A stretch of DNA of 64,000 nt from NCBI RefSeq assembly GCF_009914755.1, contig NC_060931.1; one strand, given 5' to 3'. The stretch is from the human T2T-CHM13v2.0 reference genome, Homo sapiens. Each line of letters starts with the position of its first letter. Position 1 is the first letter of the stretch. This document shows positions 1 through 14,400 of this stretch, in pieces. The notes under the pieces are model-generated. The model saw only the letters and a list, made by a program, of their open reading frames with translations, had not been told where the DNA came from and ran no database searches. The position numbers and the translations under genes are program-made.

Positions 1-2441
1 AGTAAATTAAAAGCATAACAGGTTTTTCTTAAAGCACCAACCTGCTCTTTAGTAAAAATTATAGAAGGTTAAAGAGTCTATAAAATCTTTCCTAATAGTC
101 AAACATTAAAAAATTAAGTAAATATGTTTACAAGGTTTTATTAAAATTAGGTTTAACATTAATAACACACTAATATAAAGATAAAATTTAGCTTATCTGG
201 TATAAAAATCATGTGAGAAGCATTGTTAAATGTAAAATGGTATTTGGCTTTCTTTGGTTTAAAAACTAATAAAAATAGGTTCTAAAGGAAATTTCTCAGT
301 AAAAAAGCACTAAGGACTATAAAGTCCACTGCCAAGGTCCCCATATTTAAAACAAAAGGTCAATTTTCTTAAAAATTATATACTTGGTTTATCTTCCACT
401 TTCCTTTCTCGCAAAAAAAAAAAAAAAAAAAAAAAAACTGAAAGTCTTTTAGCACAGGTACCACCCCTAGAATTTCTGGTAAACCAGCACCAGCCTGAAG
501 ATCACGTTATCATCAAAGGGTGGAAAGAAGAAAAACTGGAGCCAGCCTAGGAAGGACCCTACCTTGTGCTGCTAACCACCAAGACTGCTGTTCCTACAGC
601 AAAAAAAAAAAAAAAAAAAAGGATGGATTCATCACACCCAAGTCAAGAAAGCGCTACCCCCTCCACAGTCATAGGCCATAGTCCCAGGGGAAAACCCTAC
701 CAAACTAAAGCTAAGAGAAATTTAACTCTTTTCATCTATTCTATTGCTCTTTCTTCTTTCCTCGTTCTATTGCTGACCATCTAGTTATTAACATAACCAA
801 GTCGATTTCACCTCAAACTATTGCATTTAATGCTTGCCTTGGGAACTGGTCTTGGGAACTTGTCCACTCTGTTTGAGTGGAAGCGTAGCCTGATCACCCA
901 TGGCATGCCTTTATCGGCACTTTGGTTTTGGTTTTGGTTTTGGTTTTGGTTTTGGTTTTTGACTTGGTTTGAATTGCTTGACAGGACCGGTCTTAGGAAC
1001 TTGCCCACTCCATTTGAGTGGAAGTGTGGCCTGATCACCCACGGCATGCCTTTATTGGTACTTTGGTTTTGGTTTTGACTTGGTTTGAATAGCTTGACAG
1101 GATTGGTCTTGGGAACTTGCCTACTCCATTTGAGTGGAAGCATGGTCTGTGAGGACTTGCCAAGTCAAAGACAGCTCTCTACTTCAGAAAAGCACTTCTG
1201 TCCCTCCTGACTCTCCTCAGACTGGGCATTAATAAACTAGGACCATTTAATCCAGGGAGATTTAGATAAAGACCCCAGTGCCAACAAGGAGTCTTGCCCC
1301 CCGACGTAGAGCTTTCATGCCATAGTTGGTCCAATGTTCTGTGGACCACTAAAGAGCAAGGATGGACTGCCCCAGCTGGTTTTGTAATTTCCTAAAACCA
1401 TACATTCATTTTAGTAGAGGATGATAGAAGTTAAAGACTTAAAACAAACTTTAGCAATTAAGACAGGATACCAAGATGCAAATGCCTGGTCAAAATGGAT
1501 CAAATATTCCATCTGCATGTTAAACAAAAGCAATTGTTATGCTTGTGCACATGGCAGGGCCAGAGGCCCAAATTGTCCCCTTTCCACTAAGGTGGTCCTC
1601 CAGTTGGCCAGGTGTGGGCTGCATGGTAGCTGTTTTCCAGGATTCTACAGCCTGGAGTAATAAGTTGAGCCAGTGTTTCAAACTTTCTATGATGAACTAA
1701 ATGCCAGTACCAGAAACTACAAGAAAAACAAGAAATTTGTTTTTGCAATTAGCCGAGCATGTAGCCCAGTCTCGCAATGTCACTTCATGTTATGTATGTG
1801 GAGGAACTGTAATAGGAGATCAATGGCCATAGGAAGGCCGAGAATTAGTACCTACAGACCCAGTTCCTGATGAATTCCTAGCTCAAAAGAATCACCCTGA
1901 TGATTTCTAGGTCCTAAAAGCCTCCATTATTGGACAATATTGCATAGCTAGAGAAGGAAAAGAATTCACTCACCCCATAGGACGACTTAGTTGTCTGAGA
2001 CAGAAACTGTGTAATGGTACCACAAAAATAGTCTCTTGGTGGAGTTTACATCACACAGTGAGAAATCCGTTTAGTAAATTCCCAAAGTTGCAGACCATGT
2101 GGACCCACCTGGAGTCCCACCGGGACTGGATAGCCCCCACTGGATTATACTGCATATATAGGCATAGAGCTTATGCCAAATTACCTGACCAGTAGGCAGG
2201 TAGTTGTGTTATTGGCACTATTAAACCATGTTTCTTCCTACTGCCCATAAAAACAGGCGAAATTCTAGGCTTCCCTGTCTATGCTTCCCATGAAAAGAGA
2301 AGCATAGCTATAGGAAATTGAAAAAATGATAAGTAACCCCCTGAGAGAATCATACAATGTTAGAGGCCTGCTACTTAGGCACCAGACGGCTCGTGAGGAT
2401 ACCAGACTCCCATTTACATGCTTAACCGAATCATACACTTA
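1..2441 (+). mobile_element. Class I ERV internal remnant (Harlequin/HERV-I/ERV3-like) with degenerate env
   Basis: Env-like peptides IEVKDLKQTLAIKTGYQDANAW...NCYACAHGR and EKR|SIAIGN*KNDK*PPERIIQ...GYQTPIYMLNRII (furin-like site and TM start); A-rich internal region upstream. Confidence 0.85.
848..1147 (+). repeat. ~116-141 bp tandem repeat (about 2.4 copies) with internal (GGTTTT)n
   Basis: Units start at ~848, 989 and 1105 with ggtcttRggaacttg...gagtggaag. Confidence 0.9.
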
Positions 2442-4099
2442 AAATTCATATACTAAGTCCCCATCCCCAAGGGCTGACAGTTTCATTGGACAGGCAGGGT
2501 AAGCTAGAAAAAAATATATAGCAAAATATGTGATTCAGAGAATAAGTACTAAAAGATTTCCAAAGGGAAGAGATGATGGCCAACATGATTTAGTTTTCAG
2601 GGAATAGGCGAAATTTGGTCTAGGCCATGCTGGAAGGCTAGATTTTGTTTTAATAGAAGGGAACATGGCAAAGGAATTATAATCAGGGAGCTATATATTT
2701 CTAAAAACGCTTCCTCAGTGCCTGGCACACAGTCGGTGCTAATATGAACACTTTAAGCCTCTTCAGATGAGGAAGGAAGGGAAGAAACAACTAATGTAAG
2801 TTTCAGGAATAAGTGAATGGATTAAAGAGTGAATGAATGAGGTAACTAATGAGTGGAACATGAAATGCCTGGAGTACCCCAATCTGAAGCCTGGCTTTCA
2901 GAGTTCCCCAAATCTAATTGGGCCAGAGCAGGCTTCTCCCCCAAGGGTACTTAGTTCCCCCTACTATGAAGGTGGCTTTAGGAATACTGGGAGGCAAAAA
3001 TTCTACCTCTGGCCTCCTCTTTGGGCCAGAACTTGCTTTCCTCCAGCTTGCTTCTGTTGACTCCTTTTCAGAGGCCTGAACCTTCCTCTCACCTGCCCCC
3101 AGACACAGGAAGATTTGGGACCAATTCAGTTGGACATCGTATGGTCGATCTCCTACCTCCATTATCTAGGGTGGGAACCTGGATGTTTCACACAATGTAT
3201 CCTCTCACTCCTAAGCTGTTCCCTCTACTCAACCTTGCCTTATGCTTCCTGGGGTCAGAGATCTGTTCCTGATACACTCAGCTCTTCTCTGTAGCTTCCA
3301 CCCCTTCCCAGAGGACCCTTCTCCTATGACAGGTTCATTCTCCCACAGCTCCACTCCCTCCCTCCCCAAGCCTTCTTTTTCCCTCCTGGAAAACTCCTCT
3401 GAACTCCTTTTTATCTCCGCTCTTTGTCACTAGTGTCTTGTGCAGACTGCCCGTCAGCTCCCCCTTGACCTCACCAGCATTGGCCCCAGTCCTTCCAGCT
3501 CCTACCAGTGCTAGGAATGACTTCAACACTGAGCCTGTCAGCCCCTTGACATCCTCATCTCCAGGGACCTGCACTCCCACTTCATGTCATTGACCAACAC
3601 TTATGGTCTCACCTTGCACCATATCATCACCCCAGTCTGGCTTTGCCTCTGCATTTTAAAATTCAAACATCCAAACCTCTACTGCCTCCAAGTCTGTTTG
3701 GTATTCTATCTTCATCCCAGGGCCTGTCACTGCAACTCCCTCTGCCAGGATCTTTCCTTGCTTGGTCCTTCTGTCTCATCCACGTGACAGAATGTTACTA
3801 TCCAACTTTGGATCCATACCCATGCTATTTACTGGAGTGCTGGAGAAATCCCACAACTTAGAAGGCAGGAACCCTATGGATTCATAGTTTCCGTTAGCAA
3901 CTGGATCCCACATACTGGCTTCTACATTCTCCTAATTCCAAACTCCCAAGAAGATACAGCAAATGTCCACTAGTCTCTTAAACCTGCTACCCTGTCACCA
4001 ACTCCCACACCCCTAAACATGGCCTTGCCTCTTACTCAATGGAGAAACTGGGCACCATCAGAAGGAGCTGCCACATACCCTCAGACTCACTAAAGAGTC

Positions 4100-5200
4100 T
4101 GCTTCTTACGCCAGTGTAAGCACTGAACAGGCAGGTGGGCGTATGGGTCTGAGACTGAGGAGAGCTGGCCTGCAGACACAGGTTTGGAAATCTTCAACAA
4201 AAAGACAATAATGAGATTGCCCAGGGAATGTGTGTGAGGTAAAAAGAGCCTAGTTTTTGAACTCTAGAGGACATCAATGTTTGTGAACAAGAGATATCTG
4301 TAAGGGAGACTGGAAAAGAGCAGCCAGAGAGATCACAAAACCCAGGAGCATGTGGGTCAGAGAAACCAACAGAAGGAAGTGGTCAGCTGACATGATAATG
4401 ACTGGCGTGTCCTGTGAACCAGAAACATGGAGGTCTTTAACCATCTTGGTGAGAGCAGTTCTGTGCAGTATTAGATGAAGATGCCAGACTTCTGTGAACT
4501 TGAGTGTGACTGGAAAATCCTTCTGAGGAAAGCACAAGGACTCCTAGAAACCTCTGAGGAAGCAGAGATAGCAGGTATAAGGGACTCTGCCAAGGATGTC
4601 TATGCATGAAGGAAGGAGAGAGATCTAGTGGTTGCCTTGGGGAGATGCTGGTTTAGTGGAGAGTTCTAATGAAGATAACAGCCATGTGATTTGGGCATGC
4701 TTAAGACTGTAGAAAGGCAGCCAGAAGAATGGAGAGATGACCAAGCAGCTAGTTAGTAGAGGGAGCACCATCCCCTGGAAGAGAGGTTGGCTGTGTCCAG
4801 AAGAGGGGCTCCTCCTTGCGATGGGGTGTCTTTTAGTCACCTGAAACCCCAAGTCTGCTTTTCCTCCAGTCTCCTTACTCCAGCAAGTGGCACTACCATT
4901 CCCCCTATTCCTTTATCCAGGCAGTCATCCTGCTGATTCTGTCTCATTAATGGTCCTCAAATCAATTCATTGCTTTCCACCCTCAATGCCATGATCCACA
5001 GTCGTTTTTCCCATGGTCTTCAGCAGCAGCTCTAACTGTCCTCTTTGCATCTTCTCTTGTTGCCCATCAATCTTCCAGAGAGCTGTTTCCAATATGCAAA
5101 TCGAATCGTGTCACTCCTTGTTTTGAAAACCATTCAACACTTCCAACTGTGTCGACATGGCTAACTAGGCCTTCAGGATCTTTGTCACACACCGTCTTCC
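4100..5200. mobile_element. Degenerate L2 fragments (both orientations)
   Basis: L2-like purine-rich tract followed by a pyrimidine-rich tract; boundaries approximate. Confidence 0.45.
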
Positions 5201-5220
5201 TGCCCCTTCTTCTCCAGCCT

Positions 5221-5405
5221 TGCCCCTCACCATTCCCCAGTGCCCTTCACCATTTCCCAGTGCCTCTCACCATTTCCCAGTGCCTCTCACCATTTCCCAG
5301 TGCCCTTCACCATTTCCCAGTGCCTCTCACCATTTCCCAGTGTCCCTCACCATTCCCTAGTGCTCTTCACCATTTCCCAGTGCCTCTCACCATTCCTCAG
5401 TGCCT
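5221..5405 (+). repeat. 20-bp minisatellite, ~9.25 copies
   Basis: Consensus tgcctctcaccatttcccag in exact 20-bp register. Confidence 0.95.
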
Positions 5406-5604
5406 GATGCCCTCTCTTCCCTGGACATGCACACATATTGTTATCTTGGATGGCCACCCTTCTGTCCTGCCCAGGCCCTGCCAGTTCTCCTGGATGACTC
5501 TGGCTCAGTCTTCACATCTCACTTAGAACTCAGATCCTGAAGGAACTCTCTTCTCTTCCTGTAACCTAGACCTTCCCCTGTCATATCTCTTACCACACTG
5601 TTTT

Positions 5605-5943
<339 letters not shown>

Positions 5944-5949
5944 TAAGCT

Positions 5950-6290
5950 TCTTGAGCCTGTTATGGGGTGAGGAAAGTGGAATTGGGCTGAGAGAAGTTG
6001 AACTTCAGTCCAATCCAATAGGGAACTCCGGAGCTAGGATGCCCCTTCAAACTCATTGCAAGTTGCAGTAAGGGTCCCAAACCTTTGACATTCACATCAA
6101 CCTATTATCAGTGCTGACTGCTTCCAGTGAGCGGGAGTAACCTTGGGAAGGCAGCTCCCTTCAGCCGAGAGCAATTGCCAAAGAGGGACTCAGTTGGAAG
6201 CCCTTAGCCACCAACACCCCTGTCATGCTGAGGGGAGGAGGGCTTCAGACCTGAAGGAGGAATCTGGGTGGCCACCACAGCATCTGCTAC
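5950..6290. mobile_element. Ancient LTR fragment (MaLR/ERVL-type)
   Basis: Recalled motif ccttgggaaggcagctcccttcagccgagagcaatt. Confidence 0.4.
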
Positions 6291-9120
6291 CAATACCTTT
6301 GGTGGCTCAGGGCCACCAGATACAGCATAGGTGCCTATTAAATCTTTGTTGGTTAATGATTGATTACGTGATTAAATGAATTAATTAAATCACAGAAAAC
6401 AAGTTTAATTACATTAAATGACTCGAGATTTAGGGCCTTAAAGAAGGGCAAATGTTTTATTTAGAAATAAAAAACTAGTGAAGGTTCTTGAGCAAAACAC
6501 TAATGGATTTTAAACAGGATTTGAGGAACATTGTGCAAGTAGATATGTTATGAGGGAGTAAATTTGTGATGTGGGCGGTGTGGATGGCTGAGATGACAGC
6601 AAGAATGTGGACGGGAAGAAATCCTAGGGGCTGGGAGGCTGCTGCTTTAACAGGAAGGATGAGGTATGGCACGCCTGTAATATAATGTTTAGAGCATGAC
6701 AGGACAAATATGAGACCAGCTGAAAGGTTAACTCTTTGGAAAATATGTATGATTGTACTTGACCTCATTACTATTAATAGGTTCAAGCAAAGATTCTCCC
6801 ATTTTGAATATATTAAGTAATAGATTAGATGTAAATTCCTTGAAGGCAATACTGCATCCCCAGTGCCTAGGGCAGTAGCTACACACACTACATGCATAGT
6901 ACATTTGTTGAATAAATAAGTGGATCAAATCTTGACTGACAGAACTCTAATACAGATTCCTAATGATTAGGAAACAGATTGGTGTAAGTCTAGACCTTCA
7001 AAGTATTCACTGTACATTTCTAAACTATAGTTACTTTAGAGTAATCTTGCAGATATATTTTAAAACTAAGAGATTTATTTGTTTTACTTACCAATCAGGC
7101 ATTAATTCAATTCACCCCCTGTCCCCCCAGTGCCATGAATCATGGTTTGTTCTTAGGAAATGAACCTTAAGGAAATAGCTGGAAACATTTCATTGCCTTG
7201 GCAAGATGACCTGAAGCACACACTGCTCAGCAATGCTGGAGTGGGTGAACTCCCTACTTTTACTTTTGCCAGCCAAGAAGCTCCCTGTTGTTACAGTATC
7301 CAGTTTGTAGCAGGCAACTGATTAGGGAGGAGTCGCTGGTAAGGAGTCTTTTGCTTTTAAAAGAAAACTAACTGACATGAATTCCAGCACCTGATTTTTG
7401 CACCTGGACTATGAACATCGTGTCTGGAGGAGTCAAGGCTGCTCTGGCAAGAGCTGAAGTATAAAGTGCAGTGAAATTGTGCTCTAGCATTGGCGTCTTG
7501 CTTGCAGAGCAGTGTACACCATACTAGGTTTCTAGCAGCTTTGGGAGGAATATGCCATGTGTGTTCTGTGCAGTCTCAGGAGGAATCAAAACAAGTGATT
7601 CCCAGTTGCCATTGGCCCTGAGTTAATGAGAGAATTGGAGGATAGAAGATAAAAAAAAAAAAAAAGACCTTAGTCCCATACTTTCTGGCCTACCCAAAAT
7701 GGCTTCTTTTATGGATGCAATGGACAAAAGAGGAAGTGGCATCAGCTAAGCACACAGAGGAAGAAGTGGCATCAGCTAAACGCACAGCCCAAAATTCCAT
7801 GGTTGGTCCATGGACTTCCACCCATGTTTTGAGGGTTTCCACCTCTGGTTGGGGGTGACTGAGGTTGTGGGGCTGGGTAATGATGTTAATGATATTTTAC
7901 GGCCAGTGCTTTTCCTCATCCTGAGCCTGTCTCAATACTCAGTTGTTCAATGTGTGGAAATTAGTGAGGGTTAAGTTGGGCCTCTGGATTCCCCCAAAGA
8001 GATGCCACAATAATACCCCCCAGTGATTGTTTCAAATGATGTGTATTGCTTTGTGTGAATCAGCATTTAGTCACACTTGGATCTTAAACAGTCTTGAGAG
8101 CTAGTTGGAACTGCCCAATCTATGCTTATCATAGCACTGCAATTCACACGCAGACTTGGTGTTTGTTCTCCTTTCCTCATCTCTCATGAAAAAAAAACAC
8201 AACTAGGACCGTAAGAACCGACACACAGTTCCTTCAATGTCAGCTTCAAAGTTCTAATCTGCAATATTATTTTCTTCATGAGAATTAGACTTGCATGGAG
8301 AATCTGATGTTAGTTACTTTACATAAGGCAGACAACCATGTAATACAAGATTTGGCCCTCCATAGCAATCCAGGACAGCCAGAGAATGCTTGGCTATCTC
8401 TGAAGCCCACTCCAGCCAAAGTGGGTAAATAATGAAATGATGGGATGCTAAACTTCCACTGTTCAGTGTGTTAAACGCAAACGTTCAAAAAAATTAATTT
8501 GTCTCACTCCAACCTTAGGTATTCTGAGTTTCTTTTCTGCTGTGACTATTTTGGACAAATGCCTGTAATCCAGAAACCATGGAACAAATAAGACGATTAA
8601 AGGAGAAAGAGTATAGTGAGACCAGGGGACCAAGGACCTTAACAAAGGCAGCCCAGGGAATGAAGACATGATGGAGGGAGAGGAGGAAAGCTAAGGGATG
8701 GGCAGCTCATTGGAAGCTGGAGGCAGAGGTGACACTGATGTTTGGAATCCCTCATGTGGCTGGGTATGATGCCTCAGGGAAACTTCTCTGGAGCCCCAGA
8801 ACAGGCCACTGCTGAACCCCAAGCCTGCATCATCCCTTCACTGGGATTCCAGGCACAATTTTATTTTAAAGATGGCAATGCTGCTATAAAAAATAAAAGC
8901 AAGCAAAATATCTAGGAAGCTTGCTTAAGATGCGCTTTATCAGCTCCTGTCCCTAGAGAATGAGTTTCAGGTGAGGTCTTTGTCTGCATTTCTAGCCAGA
9001 GGACTATGATGCACATGGATCTTGACCGCACCTTGCAAAATGCTGGCCTGAAAGGTGGTTTAAGGGTCATTACTCCAAAGGAATCAGTTCTGAGTGTTTG
9101 GAGGTCACACTTCTCACTAA

Positions 9121-9294
<174 letters not shown>

Positions 9295-9356
9295 TAACTT
9301 TTTGCTCCTGTTTTCCATTTTTTGAGGACAAATATTTTCTCATATTCCTGTATTAG

Positions 9357-9788
<432 letters not shown>

Positions 9789-11139
9789 ACCCCCCCTTTT
9801 TTTAGAATCATATTTTGGAGGAATAGCTATTGAATGTCCATCATAATTCTGTTTTAGTAGTTTAAGATGAATCTTGGAAACAAGTCTTAAAAATGTTGCC
9901 AAGAGAATGAGGTAGGTAACAATAGAACATGTACTATTTATAAAACTTTATTAAGAGGTTACACAGATATATTATTTTGGGATCTGTGGAGTTAGACTAT
10001 TTCAGAGCTGGTGTCATCTAACCCTTTTTTTGGAACCTGAAATTGGGGGGAAAAGGAGTAATGACACTGCTCAGTGGATGCCCATAGGCTGCTGCCTCTC
10101 ATCCCTGCAGCTCTGGCAACATAACAATTACCTGGGAGGCTCTGAGAAATGCTGGTGCCCAGATGTCACTCCAGGCGAATGCAATCAGAAAAGGATGGCA
10201 TCTGTACCTTTTAGAAGTTTCTCAGGTGATTCTGCCAAGCGGGGAGCCCGAGACCCACAGCTTTAGGGAAAAGAGAAATGACCTCTTTGCTCATTCCTTA
10301 TGATATGATAGATTTTTAACATATATATCTAAAAGTAAATTTATCTTTACCCAGGGTCTGTACAGTAAAAGGAAAAGATAATGAGGTAACAAGTAATGCA
10401 GAATGTCTCTCTGATCACAAGTCAAAATGTGGAAGTGCGTTTCACACATCAAAGGTGGGACTTCGTTCCTGGCACTGATCTCTATTTGAGCTCCGCTTTT
10501 GTAGACTCTACAACAATTAGGTTAGCTCATGAATGCTAATTTATCCCACAGGGCACAGTAGATATACAGTAATGGCTAGAAAATGGTTTGAAACTTTAAC
10601 CTGGGATGCCAGAGGTTTGCCTCCCAGACCCCCGCTTGTCTCCTCTGCTTGGCCCCAGCTTGGCTGCAGTGCAGGCAACCAGAGCAGGACTCACCCTATC
10701 TCCCCTCTCCCTGGAAGAGAAACAGAAAGAGCGTGATGATGATGGATGGAGGAAGGGAGAAGTGAATCAAGGTGCAAGACTGAGAGCTGATGAAGAGTCA
10801 TGAAATATCTTGGAGAAAATTTTCTCAAATACCCTTTTTTCCTGGAGTTACTCAAGCACAAGATACATTTCTGGAGTCAGCCAAGAAACAGGCCCATGGA
10901 ATTTTAAGAGTCAAGAAAACAAAAGAAATCCAGGCTTAGCCAGCCTATAGATTTGTGTATGGGCATGATACAAAGCATTAATGATACATTTGTTCTTTAT
11001 GCCCCAAAATTAGAAGACTGATACACCATCAAGGAAAACCCCCAGAAAAGGGAAAAGCCTTACAATAGCAAATAAAAAGAGCCCTACAAAACTAGCCTTT
11101 ACCAAGTTCTAGGGACTGTCTAAGGATATCACATATACT

Positions 11140-11310
11140 ACCTTGTTTAATTCTCACAGGCGCCTACAAGATGCATCCTTTCATTATCCTCAATTTGTAG
11201 GAGAAAGAACTCAGAGAGGCTGAGGAAACTTGCTCAAGGTTATATCACTAGTTAGCGGTGGAGCTGGGGTGTGAACTCAGACCACTGTTCCTAACCCTTG
11301 ACACTACACT
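11140..11310. mobile_element. MIR
   Basis: MIR core-like attatcctcaatttgtag...gaggctgaggaaacttgctcaaggt. Confidence 0.65.
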
Positions 11311-13889
11311 GTCTTGTGAGATGGACAATTCATAAAAGATAACAACATGAGTTTTTTTCCCTTAAAACTAAAAATTGCTTCCTTGAAAATAAAGATGCTT
11401 AGAGCCGACCCTAAGAATCACAGCCCATCCTAAGAAAGTATGTTCAGTGCAATTGAGTGTGGCAAATTATGGGGATTAACTTGAATTCTCTTTATGTATT
11501 ACAAAGTAAGTCATTAGTAGACTTTGGAACTCTGTTGTTAGTAACAAATGTCTTACACCCCAGCTCATTGCAACACCCCAGTGTGCTGTGATACCACCAT
11601 GGCTGGGAACCATTGGCCTGGAAAATAGACCTAGGCAGAAAGATATTTATGTAACTGAGTTGAAGAAGGTAGCTGGAAGGTGCATGAAGCTAGACATTGG
11701 CAGTGTGTGTCAGGTGCTACAGCTTAGGGCCTTCCTGGAAAATGGGCAGGAAAAATAGACGGTGACAAAACAAACACATCAGTATTATGGGTAAGCCTGC
11801 AGAGATAAGTTCTGGGGCATTCTGCTGCCTGCCAAGACTACATAAGTCCCAGGAGCCACAGCATTTGTTGCATAAGATTAAATCACTCCAAGCTGAGAAT
11901 TTCCCCCTTTAAAGGAATAAATGGCAAGCCATGGGGGAAAGAATGAGCCAACGCTTCTAGGACATGTGTGCCTCCACTTAGGCATTTTGGTCCCTTGACC
12001 CTCCAAGACATTGATGTGACTTTGGCCAAGTCACTGGTTGTTACCAAGAGGGGATGAAATACATGTTTCCCTAAATCCCTTCCAACTCAAAAAATATGGG
12101 ATACTTTGAATAAAATGAGATTGGTACAAAATTCTGATTACCTTTGAGAATGTCTAGCTCTGATTGCTAGATTTTCACTGCATATTTTCCTCTGGCCTTC
12201 AATTATCTCCCAATAATTTACCCCCAAATCTTTATTACTTCAAATGAATAGACTTTTCATAGAGCCCTACTGCATCTCTAGTCCGCAGACACTAAGACAT
12301 ACATTAGCATTATTAAATTGTAAGCCAAAGACATATCTATATATCTAAATACTGTGTTTGCATACTTTCCCTGATCATTATGTACTTTTTCCCCATTCCA
12401 TTACCACTTAAAATGCATTTTGTGATATTTCATTAAAGAGGCATAATTACATTAGAGAAGTTTGTTTTCAGACATCAACATGTGCCTTTGGGTTACATTT
12501 CACATTATGAAGATGGACTTAAAAGAGATAACACCATTTAGTGTGCTAATTATCACAAGATTCTCAAAGTGCGCCAGACTCTAGGTGCTTTTGCTGTTTA
12601 AGAAATGTGACTGTAAAAACTTCCACTCATGAAGCTTAGCATGCATTGACTACCTACTATGGATTGGGCTTGATATTGAGGATAGAGAAGAACAAAACAA
12701 GTCTAGCAGAGCAGGAAAGTGTGTGTGTAAATACGTTGTAGCCACCACCCTCTGGAGTGGCTCTCCATTTCACCAAGAATCCCTTAGGCCCTCCCCAGCA
12801 GCACTCTTTCCCCTTCTATGCCCAGGAGCCTGCACCACAATTGTATTATGTGATGTAGCCCTGAATGGATAATGGCCCCTGCACAACCAGGCAACATTGT
12901 CTCTCCCAGGAATTTGAACCTTTAACTAAGAGTTTTAATTTAGCCTGGGCAAGCCTGGTGAATGACAGACTCAAAACTGAAGATTATGGAGCAGCCACTT
13001 CTGCTTGTTATGTTGGCTGAGAAGTAGAAATATAGAAATAATCAGTGTGCAGAGTAGAGTGCAGCAGAGAGAGAGAAACAAGGATGGAGGAGGGAGAAAG
13101 AATAATTAGATGACTGAATGAATCCTGGAGAGCCTTGCTTCCCACCAGTTGTTGGTTCCAGACCCTCCAGCCGCATTCCAACACCCCAGTGCTTGAGGCC
13201 CCCTACATTTCCTTTTTTGTGGTTTTAGCCTTGATTTTTTTTTTCTTTGGAACCAAGAGTTCCAACTAATAAATGAGTGTAATAACTTGTTATTGGCATT
13301 ATAATGGAAGTGGGTACAGAACAAATTTTAACCTATCTTATTTATACAAATAGAGTACAGATGTCAATTGTACTTAATGTTAAATAGGCCAATGACAACT
13401 CATTTTTGTTCTTAAATCCTTTCCACTATAAACATTTATGCACAGCAACATTTGCAAGACACTGAGCCTTGGCAGTGAGTGTAACAAGATGCATAGCAAT
13501 GGTGGGCAACCTTATTTTGATCAAGAGAAAATTAGGAAAAAGCAAAAATTACTTACAGGCTATATTTCTCTCTCATTCAAAATGGCTTTATTGTTGATCT
13601 TATGGGGAAAATTGTATTTTTGCAACTCAGGTGATTTATTTATTGAAGAGAAGAATGCCAACAAGAAAACTTTTTCGGCCTCTGAAAGATTATAACATGT
13701 TCCGGTTTAAGGATTTGTAACTCCAGACAGCTCTAATTGTCCATCTCTTATGTTTGGACTGCACCTTAATTTTCACCACATGAGTTCATCTGCATTAGCC
13801 CCAAGTATCCTTCCATCCCCCTCATCAACAAAATCTGGCCCATGAGGTATTATTATCCTCATTTAGAGGATATGGAGAAATTAAGGCTC

Positions 13890-14400
13890 TGTTTCAAAGC
13901 AAGTCTGTAAATTCTTTAACATTCTTCCCATCAAGAAGAGAGATCTATCTCCTGCCCTGGAACATGGGCAGCGCTTTTGACTGTCTCCGTGCATATAATA
14001 TGGTGGAAGTGACACTGCTTGACTTGTGAAGCTGGATCACAATGGGTTATTGACTTCCACCAGCCTGTCTCCGGGGACAGGTGACTTCATGTAAGAAGTC
14101 CAGCTACCCTGACAGAGAGTCCACATTGGAGGGAGCACACTGTAATAGACAGAGGTGCCTGAGGAGCCCCGGCTGTTCCAGCCGCCAGCTATTTAGGTCT
14201 TCCCAAGTCAGGCACCAGAGAGTATGAATGGAAAGGCCTTCAAGAGAACTCTAGCCCCAGCCATTGTCTGATTGTCACTGCATGAGGACCAAAAACTACC
14301 TAGCTGAGCCCCATCAACCCCTAAAGAAGTGAAAGATAGTAATGACAAATGCTTGCTGTTGTTTTATAGCACCAAGCTCTGAGTGGTTTGTTGTGCTGCA
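13890..14400 (+). mobile_element. MLT1-family MaLR LTR
   Basis: ttcttcccatcaagaag start; ctagctgagccc and tgttgtttt...gtggtttgttgtgctgca 3' motifs. Confidence 0.7.

Noticed and set aside
5149-5526. 125-aa repetitive ORF
   Set aside because: It is a translation of the 20-bp minisatellite.
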